Assembly: GCA_003250395.1 (NCBI GenBank)
Contig: QKGM01000044.1
Location: 116,550 to 180,549 of the forward strand
Reading direction: 5' to 3'
DNA length: 64,000 nucleotides
Origin: Bacteroidota bacterium
GTDB lineage: Bacteria; Bacteroidota; Bacteroidia; Bacteroidales; TTA-H9
The position numbers and the translations under genes are program-made. Below the pieces are notes generated by a model that did no database searches, had not been told where the DNA came from, and saw only the letters and a list, made by a program, of their open reading frames with translations. Shown here in pieces: positions 26,325 to 37,472 of the stretch (position 1 is its first letter; each line of letters begins with the position of its first letter).

Positions 26325-27500
26325 ATGAAGAACTACCAATTAATAGTATTCTTAAGTGTTGTTTTAATTATTTATTCCCTTCTGAACTGGATGCTTTTCA
26401 CCAGGGGATTACAGGTCTTCCAACAAGGGATGCAAGCCAGAATATGGTATACGTGGGTGTTTTGGATTCTGGCAGCTTCTTATCCAATGGCCCGGATTTT
26501 AGAACGTGCATGGTTATCGCCTGTTTCTGATTTTCTCACCTGGGTAGGCTCATTCTGGCTAGCTGCTTTTTTCTATTTCTTAATTGCTTTGATTGTCATC
26601 GACTTGTTCCGTCTGGCCAATTGGGTAATCCCTTTCTATCATCTTTTGGCAGGTAATGACCCATCAAAGGCCCGACTTGTCATCTTTCTCATTACAACCG
26701 GTGCTGTAGCGATCACGTTGATTGCCGGCCATATCAATGCCGTCACAACGAAGGTGACCCGTTACAATATCCACATTAATAAGCAGACTGAGTCAGGAAA
26801 AAAGATACGAATAGTTGCAGCATCAGATATTCATCTGGGAACCGTAATCGGACCAAGGCGATTAGGAAAATTGGTTCAATTGATTGAAAAACAGGAGCCC
26901 GATATCGTACTACTTGCAGGTGATGTTGTCGATGAAGATCTTGCCCCGGTAGTCAGGAATGATCTGGGGAGTTTACTTTTAAAAATAAAGGCTCCTATGG
27001 GAGTATACGCCATAACAGGTAACCATGAATATATCGGAGGTGCGTCAAGGGCTGTAAAATATCTGTCAGAACATGGTATTCAAATGTTACGCGATACAAG
27101 TGTTATGATAGATAATTCCATCATTATAGTCGGGAGAGAGGATCGCGACAGGGAACGGTTCTCGGGGATGGCAAGAAAAAGTATTGGCGACCTGCTATCC
27201 GGGATTGATCAGTCGAAGCCGATAATACTGCTCGACCATCAGCCGTTTAACCTGAAAGAAGCTTCTGATGCCGGTATTGACATTCAAATCAGCGGGCATA
27301 CTCACCACGGGCAAATCTGGCCTTTGGGGTACATCACGCGGGCTATCTTTGAATTAAGCAGCGGCTATTTAAAGAAAGGTGACAGCCATTTTATCGTATC
27401 AACCGGTTATGGAAGCTGGGGCCCTCCTGTACGGACAGGGAACAGGCCTGAAGTCGTTGTCATCGATCTGGCATTTGCAGAACAAACGACATTAGAATAA
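26325..27500 (+). CDS. Membrane-anchored metallophosphoesterase
   Basis: 391 aa. N-terminal TM helices. Phosphoesterase motifs SDIHLG, GDVVD, GNHE, GHTHHG. Confidence 0.85.
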   Translation: MKNYQLIVFLSVVLIIYSLLNWMLFTRGLQVFQQGMQARIWYTWVFWILAASYPMARILERAWLSPVSDFLTWVGSFWLAAFFYFLIALIVIDLFRLANWVIPFYHLLAGNDPSKARLVIFLITTGAVAITLIAGHINAVTTKVTRYNIHINKQTESGKKIRIVAASDIHLGTVIGPRRLGKLVQLIEKQEPDIVLLAGDVVDEDLAPVVRNDLGSLLLKIKAPMGVYAITGNHEYIGGASRAVKYLSEHGIQMLRDTSVMIDNSIIIVGREDRDRERFSGMARKSIGDLLSGIDQSKPIILLDHQPFNLKEASDAGIDIQISGHTHHGQIWPLGYITRAIFELSSGYLKKGDSHFIVSTGYGSWGPPVRTGNRPEVVVIDLAFAEQTTLE

Positions 27501-27539
27501 ATATACTACTAAGGCTCACCATCATCCAAATAAACGCAT

Positions 27540-27547
27540 TACATTTG
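27540..27547 (+). promoter_or_regulatory. -7 promoter box (TACATTTG)
   Basis: TAnnTTTG, 22 nt upstream of the ATG at 27570. Confidence 0.4.
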
Positions 27548-27569
27548 TAAATCATCTGAATTAGTAATT

Positions 27570-28628
27570 ATGAAAAAAATTATACCCGGATTTATAATAC
27601 TGATACTGGCTTCAGGATTAATTCATGCACAGGTTGTACTACAAAGCACGATGGCCCCTTTACCAGGTTCAATGCTCTCGTTTCAGGAATTGGATGATCC
27701 TGCTTCATTCACATTTGCCCGCCAGGGTGAAAACCTTGTATGGGATTTTACTGGGTTGGGTTCTCATTCCATCGAACCAGTGATTTATGTTGATCCGGCT
27801 ACAACTGGCTACCCGACAGCCTACCCTACTGCCAATCTGGCTGTCAACATGGAAGAAGGATTAGGGTATATTGAAAACAACTCAAATCAGGAACTGCTCC
27901 TTGGCGTTGTGGGCGATCCTGGCAATGGTGTACAATCCATGCCATTTTATCCGGCAATGCCATTATTCGATTTTCCGTACACCTATGGAAGTTCGATGAA
28001 TACGACATCACAAATCAGAGTAAAGATGGATGGTGCTTCTTTCGGGATACCTGCAACTGATTCTGTAAAATACCATATGACGCTGACCACAATCAGGGAT
28101 GTAGTGGGTTGGGGAACATTGATTCTGCCAGACGGAACATACGAAGGTTGTCTGCTTGAGAAGTCGCAGACAATTCAGGTAGATAGCGCCTGGATGAAGG
28201 TAGTCATTCTTGGATGGATTCCTGCCCCTGGTTATCCATCTACGACATATGACTCATCCTATCGATGGCTTACAGGTGAGATGCTTCACCCTTTTGCTGA
28301 AGCAAACCTGGGTGAAGGCGGTTCTATTGAAAGCGTCACCTATTTTAAAGGACTCAATGTATCATCTGGATCACCTGTCTCGGGGGGAGATTTCAACCTT
28401 CATCCCAATCCTGCAGTCGATTACATTACTATAAGAAATTCCGGACAGGCCGCAATAGAAAGAATAGACTTATTTTCAACTGACGGAAGACAATTTGAAA
28501 CGATAACCCGGAAATCGGGGACAACAAATACCATGGTTAACGTGAGTAACTTAAACCCGGGTATCTATATTCTGGTGATTTATACTACCACTGGTGAAAG
28601 GATTGTAAAACGGTTAGTTAAACAATGA
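27570..28628 (+). CDS. Secreted hypothetical protein with T9SS C-terminal sorting domain
   Basis: 352 aa. Signal peptide. C-terminus NLHPNPAVDYITI...GIYILVIYTTTGERIVKRLVKQ is typical of T9SS sorting domains. Confidence 0.75.
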   Translation: MKKIIPGFIILILASGLIHAQVVLQSTMAPLPGSMLSFQELDDPASFTFARQGENLVWDFTGLGSHSIEPVIYVDPATTGYPTAYPTANLAVNMEEGLGYIENNSNQELLLGVVGDPGNGVQSMPFYPAMPLFDFPYTYGSSMNTTSQIRVKMDGASFGIPATDSVKYHMTLTTIRDVVGWGTLILPDGTYEGCLLEKSQTIQVDSAWMKVVILGWIPAPGYPSTTYDSSYRWLTGEMLHPFAEANLGEGGSIESVTYFKGLNVSSGSPVSGGDFNLHPNPAVDYITIRNSGQAAIERIDLFSTDGRQFETITRKSGTTNTMVNVSNLNPGIYILVIYTTTGERIVKRLVKQ

Positions 28629-28743
28629 TCATTTGCAGCTTCATTGAGGTTTTTGAACATTGAAACAGCACAATCAACCGGAAAATGAAGCAGATGCAAT
28701 CGTAGTTCGCGAACATATATTTGTTATTCACCAGATTAATTCT

Positions 28744-28751
28744 TACTTTTG
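28744..28751 (+). promoter_or_regulatory. -7 promoter box (TACTTTTG) for the yceD-rpmF-plsX-fabH operon
   Basis: TAnnTTTG, 26 nt upstream of the GTG at 28778. Confidence 0.45.
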
Positions 28752-28777
28752 CCGCCCTTATTTAAACTTTACATAAG

Positions 28778-29299
28778 GTGAATCGCCTTAAAGAATTTAT
28801 CATTTCATATGGAGGTTTGAAACTTGGAAATCACACGTTTGAGTATGACGTAGATGATAAGTTTTTTGCCTGCTTCGAAGAATCAGAATTAAGCAGAAGT
28901 CTGGTTCATATAGCTGTCAGCATGGAAAAGACAGAGCGAATGCTTGTGTTTAATTTTTTGCTGGATGGTTTCGTAGAGGTTGTCTGTGATCGTTGTGCCG
29001 GAGAATTTGATTTGAAGGTCAATGGAGAAGAGACATTGATTGTCAAGTTTGGAGAAGAAGCTATTGAAGAGGACGACAATGTGCTGGTATTGCCACATGA
29101 GGAAACACGTATTGATTTATCAGGAGTAATCTACGATTATATAAATCTGTCGATCCCATTTAGAAGAATTCATCCCGAAAATGACGATGGTACTTCAGGT
29201 TGCGATCCTGAAATGCTGGAGAGAATCGAAGCACTAAAACCTGCAGAACCCACTGATCAACGGTGGGATTTATTAAAAAACATTAATCCTGAGAATTAA
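28778..29299 (+). CDS. YceD/DUF177-family protein
   Basis: 173 aa. Conserved position upstream of rpmF-plsX-fabH. CDRC motif. Confidence 0.85.
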   Translation: MNRLKEFIISYGGLKLGNHTFEYDVDDKFFACFEESELSRSLVHIAVSMEKTERMLVFNFLLDGFVEVVCDRCAGEFDLKVNGEETLIVKFGEEAIEEDDNVLVLPHEETRIDLSGVIYDYINLSIPFRRIHPENDDGTSGCDPEMLERIEALKPAEPTDQRWDLLKNINPEN

Positions 29300-29335
29300 A
29301 ATTCATTTTTCATAAACCTGTAAATCGTTTAAAAA

Positions 29336-29521
29336 ATGCCAAATCCAAAGAGAAAGTGGTCGAAAACACGCACTGCGAAACATCGGACCCACTATAAAGC
29401 TACCGCCCCAACCATTGCTTCGTGCAGTAACTGTGGCTCACCAGTACTCTACCACAGAGTGTGCCCCGAGTGTGGCTACTACCGCGGCAAGCAGGTTCTG
29501 GAAGTTGCTGAAGCTAAATAA
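29336..29521 (+). CDS. rpmF: 50S ribosomal protein L32
   Basis: 61 aa. MPNPKRKWSKTRTAKHR N-terminus and CxxC...CxxC zinc ribbon. Confidence 0.95.
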   Translation: MPNPKRKWSKTRTAKHRTHYKATAPTIASCSNCGSPVLYHRVCPECGYYRGKQVLEVAEAK

Positions 29522-29549
29522 GCCGGTTTGATATCAAACCACGCTAAGC

Positions 29550-30509
29550 ATGAGATTAGGAATTGATGTTATGGGCGGGGACAATGCGCCAAAAGCTACT
29601 GTAGCTGGTGCAGTCCTTGCTCGTAATTCCCTGGGCACCAATGATCGTATTGTTTTAATTGGTGACAGGACTCTTATACTTCAGGAACTTGAATCGCTTC
29701 ACGTTTCTCCGGAGATATTCGATATTGTTCATGCCCCGGATGTCATTGGGATGGATGAAAGCCCTACAAGGGCTTTTACCGCCAAGCCTGATGCCAGTAT
29801 TACTGTCGGCTTTAGAATGCTTCTTGAAAAAAGGATCGATGCGTTTTCAAGTGCCGGCAACTCAGGTGCTATGCTTGTAGGATCAATATACAGCGTGAAC
29901 ACCATTCAGGGAATAATTCGTCCGGCAACTTCAACGGTATTACCACGAGAAGATGGCGGGGTGAATTTTTTATTAGATGTAGGGACTAACCCGGATGTTC
30001 GTCCTGATGTGATGTATCAGTTTGCCATTCTAGGCAGTGCCCTTGCAAGCACCGTGTATCATGTTGATAACCCCCGAGTAGGTTTATTAAATATTGGACA
30101 TGAAGATAAAAAGGGAAGTTTGCTGGTACAATCGGTATTTCAGTTAATGAAAGACTCCCGTGACTTTAATTTCATCGGTAACATTGAAGGCCGTGACATC
30201 TTCCGTAATAAGGCAGATGTAATAGTATGTGACGGATTTACCGGTAATGTGGTATTGAAAGAAGCTGAAGCGATCTACCGGATTATGATGAAACGTGGTA
30301 TCCGTGATGAATACTTCGATAGATTTAATTATGAAAACTATGGCGGGACGCCAATGCTGGGAATCAATGCTCCGGTAGTTATCGGACATGGAATCAGTAA
30401 TGATGTAGCTATTAAAAATATGATTTTGCTCTCAGGTGACATTTGTAAATCGAGAATGATAAAGCAAATCCGTGAAACGGTTCATGCTTACATGAATGGA
30501 ACCGAGTAA
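29550..30509 (+). CDS. plsX: Phosphate acyltransferase PlsX
   Basis: 319 aa. MRLGIDVMGGDNAP N-terminus and conserved operon position. Confidence 0.95.
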   Translation: MRLGIDVMGGDNAPKATVAGAVLARNSLGTNDRIVLIGDRTLILQELESLHVSPEIFDIVHAPDVIGMDESPTRAFTAKPDASITVGFRMLLEKRIDAFSSAGNSGAMLVGSIYSVNTIQGIIRPATSTVLPREDGGVNFLLDVGTNPDVRPDVMYQFAILGSALASTVYHVDNPRVGLLNIGHEDKKGSLLVQSVFQLMKDSRDFNFIGNIEGRDIFRNKADVIVCDGFTGNVVLKEAEAIYRIMMKRGIRDEYFDRFNYENYGGTPMLGINAPVVIGHGISNDVAIKNMILLSGDICKSRMIKQIRETVHAYMNGTE

Positions 30510-30544
30510 CAGTGTTTTCAGAAAATTAAATACAGATTAATAAG

Positions 30545-31546
30545 ATGCAAGGTATTAGAGCTGCGATAACCGGCATAGAAGCCTTCGTGCCTGATTATAT
30601 CCTTACCAACGAAGAACTTAGCCAGATGGTCGACACAACCGATGAATGGATCATGACACGCATCGGAATTAAAGAACGACACATTATAAAAGAACCAGGA
30701 GAAGGTTCAAGTTTTGTAGGGACAGAAGCCGTGAAGCGGTTACTGTCAAAGACCAATACAAAGCCCGAAGAAGTTGAGTTGTTGATCTGCGCAACCGTAA
30801 CACCAGATCATCAATTCCCTGCTACTGCCAATATTATTTGCGATAAAACAGGGATTAAAAAGGCGTTTAGTTTTGATATCAATGCTGGTTGTTCCGGATT
30901 CCTGTATGCCCTGGCTACCGGTGCTAAATATGTCACCTCCGGCCTCTATAAAAAAGTAATTGTTGTAGGTGCAGAGAAGATGTCATCCATTGTTGATTAT
31001 ACAGATCGGGCAACCTGCCCGATTTTTGGGGACGGATCGGGCGCTGTTTTACTTGAGCCAACAACCGACCCTGAAGCTGGAATTATTGATGAAATATTGC
31101 AATCTGATGGATTCGGGCGTATTCACCTGCATCAAAAAGCTGGAGGCTCAGTAAAACCACCAACGCATGAAACGATCGATGCACGTGAACATTATATTTA
31201 TCAGGAAGGACAACCGGTTTTTAAATATGCCGTCTCTAATATGGCTGACGTGTCAGTTGAAATCATGGAACGGAATAATCTATCATCCAACGATATTGCT
31301 TGGCTTGTTCCTCATCAGGCCAATATGCGTATCATTGAAGCTGTTGCCCGACGAATGGGTCTTGAAAAAGAAAAGGTGATGATTAACATTGAACGTTATG
31401 GCAATACCACTTCAGCGACTCTTCCTCTTTGCCTCTGGGAGTGGGAACCACGCCTAAAGAAAGGTGACAACATCATTCTGGCAACTTTTGGAGCTGGGTT
31501 TACTTGGGGAGCAATTTATTTGAAGTGGGCTTATGATCCTAAATAG
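30545..31546 (+). CDS. fabH: 3-oxoacyl-ACP synthase III
   Basis: 333 aa. Active-site contexts [28 protein letters not shown]. Confidence 0.95.
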   Translation: MQGIRAAITGIEAFVPDYILTNEELSQMVDTTDEWIMTRIGIKERHIIKEPGEGSSFVGTEAVKRLLSKTNTKPEEVELLICATVTPDHQFPATANIICDKTGIKKAFSFDINAGCSGFLYALATGAKYVTSGLYKKVIVVGAEKMSSIVDYTDRATCPIFGDGSGAVLLEPTTDPEAGIIDEILQSDGFGRIHLHQKAGGSVKPPTHETIDAREHYIYQEGQPVFKYAVSNMADVSVEIMERNNLSSNDIAWLVPHQANMRIIEAVARRMGLEKEKVMINIERYGNTTSATLPLCLWEWEPRLKKGDNIILATFGAGFTWGAIYLKWAYDPK

Positions 31547-31568
31547 TCTTTGAGGAGACATTTTCTTG

Positions 31569-31604
31569 ACCCGAATATCATAAATGATATTCGGGTTTTT
31601 ATTT
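31569..31604 (+). terminator. Intrinsic terminator after fabH
   Basis: ACCCGAATATCA / TGATATTCGGGT stem followed by a T-run. Confidence 0.8.
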
Positions 31605-31697
31605 AACACAATCATGCCCTCAGGTGAAATTGAATCTCATGCGGTCAAATCTATAAACTCAACCAACTAGGGACAAGATATCTGGGAAACCATGAGG

Positions 31698-32714
31698 TCA
31701 AATAATTTCCTCTATTTTTTTTCCAGATCCTTGTATGAGATTTAAAAGAGAAATCGTAATCAGAGTGATAAACATAAACCACAGGAAGAGTGCTGCCCCG
31801 GATTGTGTTCGATAGAGCCAGGTGCTTAAGTTTCCAATGATAATCCACTGTATTATATATATGGTTGTAACATTTCTTCCTACCCAACTAAGGTTTCGCA
31901 AACCCGGAATAATCCTGATGAAATATTCCAAACAATAAGCGAGAACCCCAGCGGAAACAATCGCCCACCCAAAAAACAGAAAGTTGTGATGATAGTATAA
32001 ATGAAGGTTTGTGCTTATATGCCAGCCATAACATACACCTGCAAGAAATAGTAATGTAACTACAGACTTAACAATCCTGTTCCCCGAATAACTCCATACA
32101 TAAGGATTCTGACCTGCTAATGCAGATGCAGCCATTCCAGCTAACACATACGCCAACCAGGGAAAAAGGGGAAAGTAGCTCCACCATGCAAAATTATCCG
32201 CTATAAATGGGCGGATATATCGCCATATACCTGATGCAGGAGAATCACTCCCAATAATCGGCGTTAGGATGATTACAACTATAGCTGCAAGCATCAGTGC
32301 CCACCATTTTGTATAGAGAATCCTCTTCAATAAAGACACAATGAACAAAGATAGACCGGCCAGAAAAAGGATGTCTACTCCAAACAAATAGGCAAGCCTG
32401 TCTATTTGAATTGTTCCCAAAAACGAATGTATAAACAGATTTGCATTTAAAGCAATATTAAGCAACAATCCCATTGCCAACAACTTAGCAGCCCTTCCTA
32501 ATTCCGTTTTCAACGGTTTTGATCTGTGGGCATACCAGCCCATTATCAGCATAAAGACCGGAGCAGCAGGGAAACCTCCTAAAAAAAGAGAGATTCGGCC
32601 ACCTACTGAATTAAAGAACTCGTAACTCGCGAATTGCTCGTTTATATGTACCTGGATCATCAGGATCACAGCAAGGCCTTTTAAAACATCAGGTAACAGG
32701 TTACGCCTATTCAT
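31698..32714 (-). CDS. DUF1624/acyltransferase-like integral membrane protein
   Basis: 338 aa, about 10 TM segments. The N-terminus LKGLAVILMIQVHINE resembles DUF1624 (heparan-glucosaminide N-acetyltransferase-like). Confidence 0.6.
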   Translation of the reverse strand: MNRRNLLPDVLKGLAVILMIQVHINEQFASYEFFNSVGGRISLFLGGFPAAPVFMLIMGWYAHRSKPLKTELGRAAKLLAMGLLLNIALNANLFIHSFLGTIQIDRLAYLFGVDILFLAGLSLFIVSLLKRILYTKWWALMLAAIVVIILTPIIGSDSPASGIWRYIRPFIADNFAWWSYFPLFPWLAYVLAGMAASALAGQNPYVWSYSGNRIVKSVVTLLFLAGVCYGWHISTNLHLYYHHNFLFFGWAIVSAGVLAYCLEYFIRIIPGLRNLSWVGRNVTTIYIIQWIIIGNLSTWLYRTQSGAALFLWFMFITLITISLLNLIQGSGKKIEEII

Positions 32715-32751
32715 GGTAATATTCGATTGCTGATTGTATTGATCTATCCCT

Positions 32752-33372
32752 TCAATGAGGCAATTTTAAAATACCGCTTAATTGATCCATTGAGATATAT
32801 TGAAGGTTAAAGGTAAGCTTTCTTTCATTAGCCTTTTCAACGAGTACCCTGACCTGGTCTTTGGCACAATTGATCAGAACACTTAATAAGTTGGTCAAAT
32901 CAGGATTATGGATTTTGGCTTCGAACTCTAAATACTTGTACAGGTTATATTCCCCCAGTTCAAAACAGGATGCCAGAGCATCGTTTTGTGATGATTTTCC
33001 ATTGTTTGTCAGCTTATTAAACTGATCGGTAATTCCGGAAACGGAATATCTACCCGGGAAATGAGGGAGGACAGGATCATCAAGATGGTTCTTCAGGAGC
33101 AGAAGATGAGCTGCCTCTGACTGATTTAAGTTTGACAACCCTATCTGTTGAAATTCCGGCATTGGATAAATCACAAGGAAATAATTACAGACATCTGAAG
33201 TCATCCATTGCTGTTCTCTGATGTATAGAAGTATTTCCTTCTCTTCCTGAGAGAGTGGTATTATCTCTTTGTTTTGCTGCAATGTGCAAACATAGGAATT
33301 TGTATTAATCTGTGATCCTTGAAAAACAACTAACAGAAGGATAAAACAGGGAAATATTACACGCATAACCAT
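32752..33372 (-). CDS. DUF2202-like (ferritin-like) secreted protein, apparently ligand-degenerate
   Basis: 206 aa. Signal peptide. LSQEEKEILLYIREQQWMTSDV ... SEAAHL pattern recalls DUF2202. Confidence 0.4.
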   Translation of the reverse strand: MVMRVIFPCFILLLVVFQGSQINTNSYVCTLQQNKEIIPLSQEEKEILLYIREQQWMTSDVCNYFLVIYPMPEFQQIGLSNLNQSEAAHLLLLKNHLDDPVLPHFPGRYSVSGITDQFNKLTNNGKSSQNDALASCFELGEYNLYKYLEFEAKIHNPDLTNLLSVLINCAKDQVRVLVEKANERKLTFNLQYISMDQLSGILKLPH

Positions 33373-33527
33373 AGCTTTTAAGTCTGTTTTATAACATTCA
33401 GTATAACTATGAAAGCCTCAAATAAGAATGGTTTAATGAGTTGATTATCTGTTGTAATATTATCCTGTAAATAAATTACAGAGCATCTTCATTACTCCCT
33501 GAGAATATGCGAAGTATAATTTTAAAC

Positions 33528-33908
33528 CTACAGGTTTTTGAGTTGGTCAATTTGCCGGCGATCTGATTTTGTCGGACGACCTGTACCCCGGGGACGATAT
33601 TCATTGTTGAATTCCCTGATAAGTTCAACTCTTTCATACTCCTCAGACGGAGTAAGATCTTCCAGATAATCAGGAACAAGTTTAGCCCCAACCCTGTTAT
33701 GGAGTAAAGCGGTTACTTTCACCGTCCTGAGTAGTGGGTTAAGATGAATCTCTATAATATCACCAACTTTCGGGATCCGGCTGGCCTTCACAGGTTGGCC
33801 CTCCACTTTAACCCTTCCATTCTTACAGGCTTCGGTAGCTAAAGATCTGGTTTTATATATCCTTACAGCCCAAAGCCATTTGTCGATACGTACCTCCCCG
33901 GAAGCCAT
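33528..33908 (-). CDS. S4-domain RNA-binding protein (Hsp15/HslR-like)
   Basis: 126 aa. RIDKWLWAVRIYKTRSLATEACKNGRVKVEGQPVKAS is a typical S4/Hsp15 N-terminus. Confidence 0.8.
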   Translation of the reverse strand: MASGEVRIDKWLWAVRIYKTRSLATEACKNGRVKVEGQPVKASRIPKVGDIIEIHLNPLLRTVKVTALLHNRVGAKLVPDYLEDLTPSEEYERVELIREFNNEYRPRGTGRPTKSDRRQIDQLKNL

Positions 33909-33913
33909 GGCAG

Positions 33914-35224
33914 TTATTTTTCACGGAAATAAATTTCAATAGGAACCCCTGAGAAATCGAATTTCTCACGCAAACGGTTTTCGACAAACCGTTTATACGG
34001 TTCTCTTACGTATTGCGGCAGATTACAGAAGAACACAAATGACGGGTAATGTGTCTTCAACTGGGTAATATATTTAATTTTAACATACTTCCCTTTTGTC
34101 GATGGCGGTGGAGATGCATGTACTACAGGAAGCATCACCTCGTTCAACCTGGCAGTTGGAATACGACGACTACGCGATTGATACACTTTTATCGCCATTT
34201 CAAGTGCTTTAATCAGTCGTTGCTTTGTTTTTGCTGATGTAAACACGATCGGGATATCATCAAATGGTTGCAGCCGCTTTCGCAAGTCAGCTTCAAACTC
34301 TTTCATGGTATTATTACTCTTCTCAACCAGATCCCATTTGTTAACCACGATAACAATTCCCCGGTGGTTTTTCTGCATGAGACCAAAAATATTCATATCC
34401 TGCGATTCGAAACCAAGAGTAGCATCAAGCATGAGGATACAGACATCAGAATGTTCAATGGTTCTGACTGCTCGCATAACTGAATAGAACTCGATGTCTT
34501 CATTCACCTTCCCTTTTCTCCTCAGCCCTGCTGTATCCACAAGATAAAAGTCGAATCCAAACTGATTAAAACGCGTGTAGACAGAGTCACGTGTAGTACC
34601 AGCGATAGGTGTAACAATATTGCGATCGACACCCAATAAGGCATTAATCATTGACGATTTCCCCACATTAGGCCTCCCAACCACAGCTATTTTGGGGAGA
34701 TCAGCATGAGGATCATCAGTCGTATCAGTAGGTTCAAAGCTCCTGACTATTTCGTCAAGCAAATCTCCAGTACCTGATCCACTTATTGCAGAGATTTCCC
34801 AGGGAGTTCCCAGTCCCAGGCTATAAAACTCTGCTGCTAAAATGCCACGCTTAGGATTGTCTATCTTGTTAGCTGCAAGTACAACTGGTTTACCCGAACG
34901 ACGAAGCATAATCCCCACTTCAATATCCAGGGGAGTAATCCCTTCGACAGCATCTACCAAAAAAAGAATAACATCTGCTTCCTCGATGGCAAGAGCTGCC
35001 TGTTTACGGATTTCTTCTTCAAAAATATCATCCGACCCCATTACATAACCACCTGTATCTATCACCGAGAATCCTATTCCATTCCAGTCGGAACGGCCGT
35101 AGTTTCTATCACGTGTGACTCCACTTGTAGGGTCAACAATGGCAGGTCGTCCTCCAACTAATCTGTTAAAAAGAGTTGACTTACCCACATTGGGTCGTCC
35201 TACAACAGCAAGAATATTTGACAT
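33914..35224 (-). CDS. der: Ribosome-associated GTPase Der (EngA)
   Basis: 436 aa. Two tandem G domains (GRPNVGKST twice) and a KH-like C-terminus. Confidence 0.95.
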   Translation of the reverse strand: MSNILAVVGRPNVGKSTLFNRLVGGRPAIVDPTSGVTRDRNYGRSDWNGIGFSVIDTGGYVMGSDDIFEEEIRKQAALAIEEADVILFLVDAVEGITPLDIEVGIMLRRSGKPVVLAANKIDNPKRGILAAEFYSLGLGTPWEISAISGSGTGDLLDEIVRSFEPTDTTDDPHADLPKIAVVGRPNVGKSSMINALLGVDRNIVTPIAGTTRDSVYTRFNQFGFDFYLVDTAGLRRKGKVNEDIEFYSVMRAVRTIEHSDVCILMLDATLGFESQDMNIFGLMQKNHRGIVIVVNKWDLVEKSNNTMKEFEADLRKRLQPFDDIPIVFTSAKTKQRLIKALEMAIKVYQSRSRRIPTARLNEVMLPVVHASPPPSTKGKYVKIKYITQLKTHYPSFVFFCNLPQYVREPYKRFVENRLREKFDFSGVPIEIYFREK

Positions 35225-35235
35225 ATAATTTTTTC

Positions 35236-36117
35236 CTAATCGTTGTTATAACCAAAATGCCGCAACAGTCGCGGGTCATCACGCCAATCTTTAGCTACTT
35301 TCACATTCATCTCCAGAAACACTTTTCTTCCGGTGAATGCCTCGATATCTCTACGTGCATGTGTTCCAACCTTTTTTAACATTCTACCTCCCTCTCCTAT
35401 CAGAATCGGTTTCTGCGATTCCCGGGAGCAATAGATTATAGCGCTTATGCGCAGCAATTTAGGCTCTTCAAGGTAGCTATCGATCACTACCTCTGTACTA
35501 TAAGGCACTTCTTTATCATAAGTTAAGAGTATCTTTTCACGGATGATCTCAGCTACTATAAAACGCATATGCCTGTCGGTAAGGTCTTCCTTATCATAAT
35601 AGGCCGGACTTTCCGGAAGGTTCGCCAATATCTCTTCCAGAACCCTCTCCTTGTTAAAACCTTCCTTCGCTGAAGCAGGAATAATAACAGCCCCCGGAAA
35701 TACACCTTTCCAAAACTCTATATCATCCATCACCTTTTCTTGCGTGGATGTGTCAATTTTATTTATGACCAGGATGATTGGAACATTTGAATCAATTATC
35801 CTTTTAACAATACGCTCATCAGGTCGGTGTTCTCCAATTTCAGTTACATACAGAAAAATATCAGCATCAGTAAGCGAACCCTCTACCTCACGCATCATGA
35901 ACTCTTGCAATTTATAATTAGGTTCAAGAATTCCAGGGGTATCAGAGAACACAACCTGATAATCGTCGCTGCTCAGAATCCCGAGAATGCGGTGGCGGGT
36001 AGTCTGCGCCTTATTTGTGATGATGGAGAGTCGTTCTCCTACCAGACTGTTCATCAGCGTGCTTTTCCCTACATTAGGTCGACCGATGATATTTACGAAG
36101 CCAGCTTTATGTGTCAT
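35236..36117 (-). CDS. era: GTPase Era
   Basis: 293 aa. [20 protein letters not shown] motifs and a C-terminal KH domain. Confidence 0.95.
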   Translation of the reverse strand: MTHKAGFVNIIGRPNVGKSTLMNSLVGERLSIITNKAQTTRHRILGILSSDDYQVVFSDTPGILEPNYKLQEFMMREVEGSLTDADIFLYVTEIGEHRPDERIVKRIIDSNVPIILVINKIDTSTQEKVMDDIEFWKGVFPGAVIIPASAKEGFNKERVLEEILANLPESPAYYDKEDLTDRHMRFIVAEIIREKILLTYDKEVPYSTEVVIDSYLEEPKLLRISAIIYCSRESQKPILIGEGGRMLKKVGTHARRDIEAFTGRKVFLEMNVKVAKDWRDDPRLLRHFGYNND

Positions 36118-36161
36118 TAAAAAAATTTAAGCAAAATTCTTGCTAATTCAAGAAAAGCAAT

Positions 36162-36169
36162 TACCTTTG
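36162..36169 (+). promoter_or_regulatory. -7 promoter box (TACCTTTG), candidate tRNA-fMet promoter
   Basis: TAnnTTTG, about 98 nt upstream of the tRNA. Confidence 0.35.
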
Positions 36170-36180
36170 CAGTCCGTTTG

Positions 36181-36188
36181 CAAAGATA
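36181..36188 (-). promoter_or_regulatory. -7 promoter box (TATCTTTG), candidate era-der promoter
   Basis: TAnnTTTG on the minus strand, 64 nt upstream of the era ATG. Confidence 0.35.
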
Positions 36189-36266
36189 CATAAATTTCGG
36201 GTCGAAGCAAGAAACATATTGATTGCGAATAAAATAAAGACCTGACTTTCAAACATAAAGACATAT

Positions 36267-36338
<72 letters not shown>

Positions 36339-36344
36339 CTAAAA

Positions 36345-36377
36345 AACCCGATGCATCAGCATCGGGTTTTGTCATTT
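36345..36377 (+). terminator. Intrinsic terminator after tRNA-fMet
   Basis: AACCCGATGC / GCATCGGGTT stem followed by TTGTCATTT. Confidence 0.75.
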
Positions 36378-37472
36378 GATAAAACTATTGTTTTAAAAGC
36401 TTCTCTTTTTAGCACTATTCAAAAATAGACAATCTATTGTTCAACCGTTAAAATTTATTCAAAAACTTAAATGTAAAGTTGCAAAATTGGAAGCTAGATT
36501 TGCAAAAATCAGGATATAACCTGACAGTCGGGAGTATTTTTCCAGCATGCGGTTGCGTTTTGTAAGGTGTTTTCTCCTGAAATACTCATAGAAGTAAAGG
36601 AAGAGCAGCTTTGCCCCCATCGACTATTCCATTCGGATAGATTACTAAGGGCAGGTTGATCACCATCAGAGCCTGTTTTCGCTTCTCCCGCCAGACTCAG
36701 ATTTGCTTCTTTTGGAACCAACGTATTTAACATCTTGTTCTTTGCGAATTCAAATGTCTTATTCCGGAAAATTGATCAGAGCACCCAAAAATCATAATTC
36801 CTTTGTACAAAATAATCTTTAATTATTCTGGTAAATATAGCAGCAACAGCTACTCAAAGATGGCTAAATACTTAATCAGTCCCCCTCCTCTATCCATCCG
36901 TGTTTGATATGCCTCAGGATTTCCTTCTCCAAATAACAAAACTACTCTCCAAAAATTGGGTGAGTAATTACACCAAAACTCTTCCCTTCATCAACAAATT
37001 TTCAACTTCTCTAAACTTTTTTAAGTGCAAATTGGTCACAAAAACTCATTTTTTAACATTCTGATTATTTGCTGTTTATAAATTAATTTTTGACTCAGCT
37101 ATAACAAATTCACACCAAAGATAGGGCAAAGATATGTTTTCCTTATGAAATGCCTATGTTTATTGTAATTATGGCGTATACTATATATGTATGCAATATA
37201 ACTATATAAAATTCCTGGCACGAAAATTGACACCCATATTATACAGGCCTAAAGCCTCGGATGATCAGCAAAACAATATTAGAATTTTGGGCCGACAGCT
37301 TCTTTAAGAATCCATTTTGCTCATGGTTATAGCCCCGAAATGATTAAAACAATTATCAAAAGGTCTTGAATATTCTTTTTATCATAGTCTTTTCATAATG
37401 CCAGCCAATGGTGCTATGTTCATTGTCGGGTACAGGGCATTATTTCAATCCGCTAAGTTGATTTTTTCACTT

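Noticed and set aside
36509-36733. 74-aa minus-strand ORF in the AT-rich spacer after tRNA-fMet.
   Set aside because: It has no recognisable motif or promoter box, and neighbouring frames are equally broken. It is treated as part of a decayed region.
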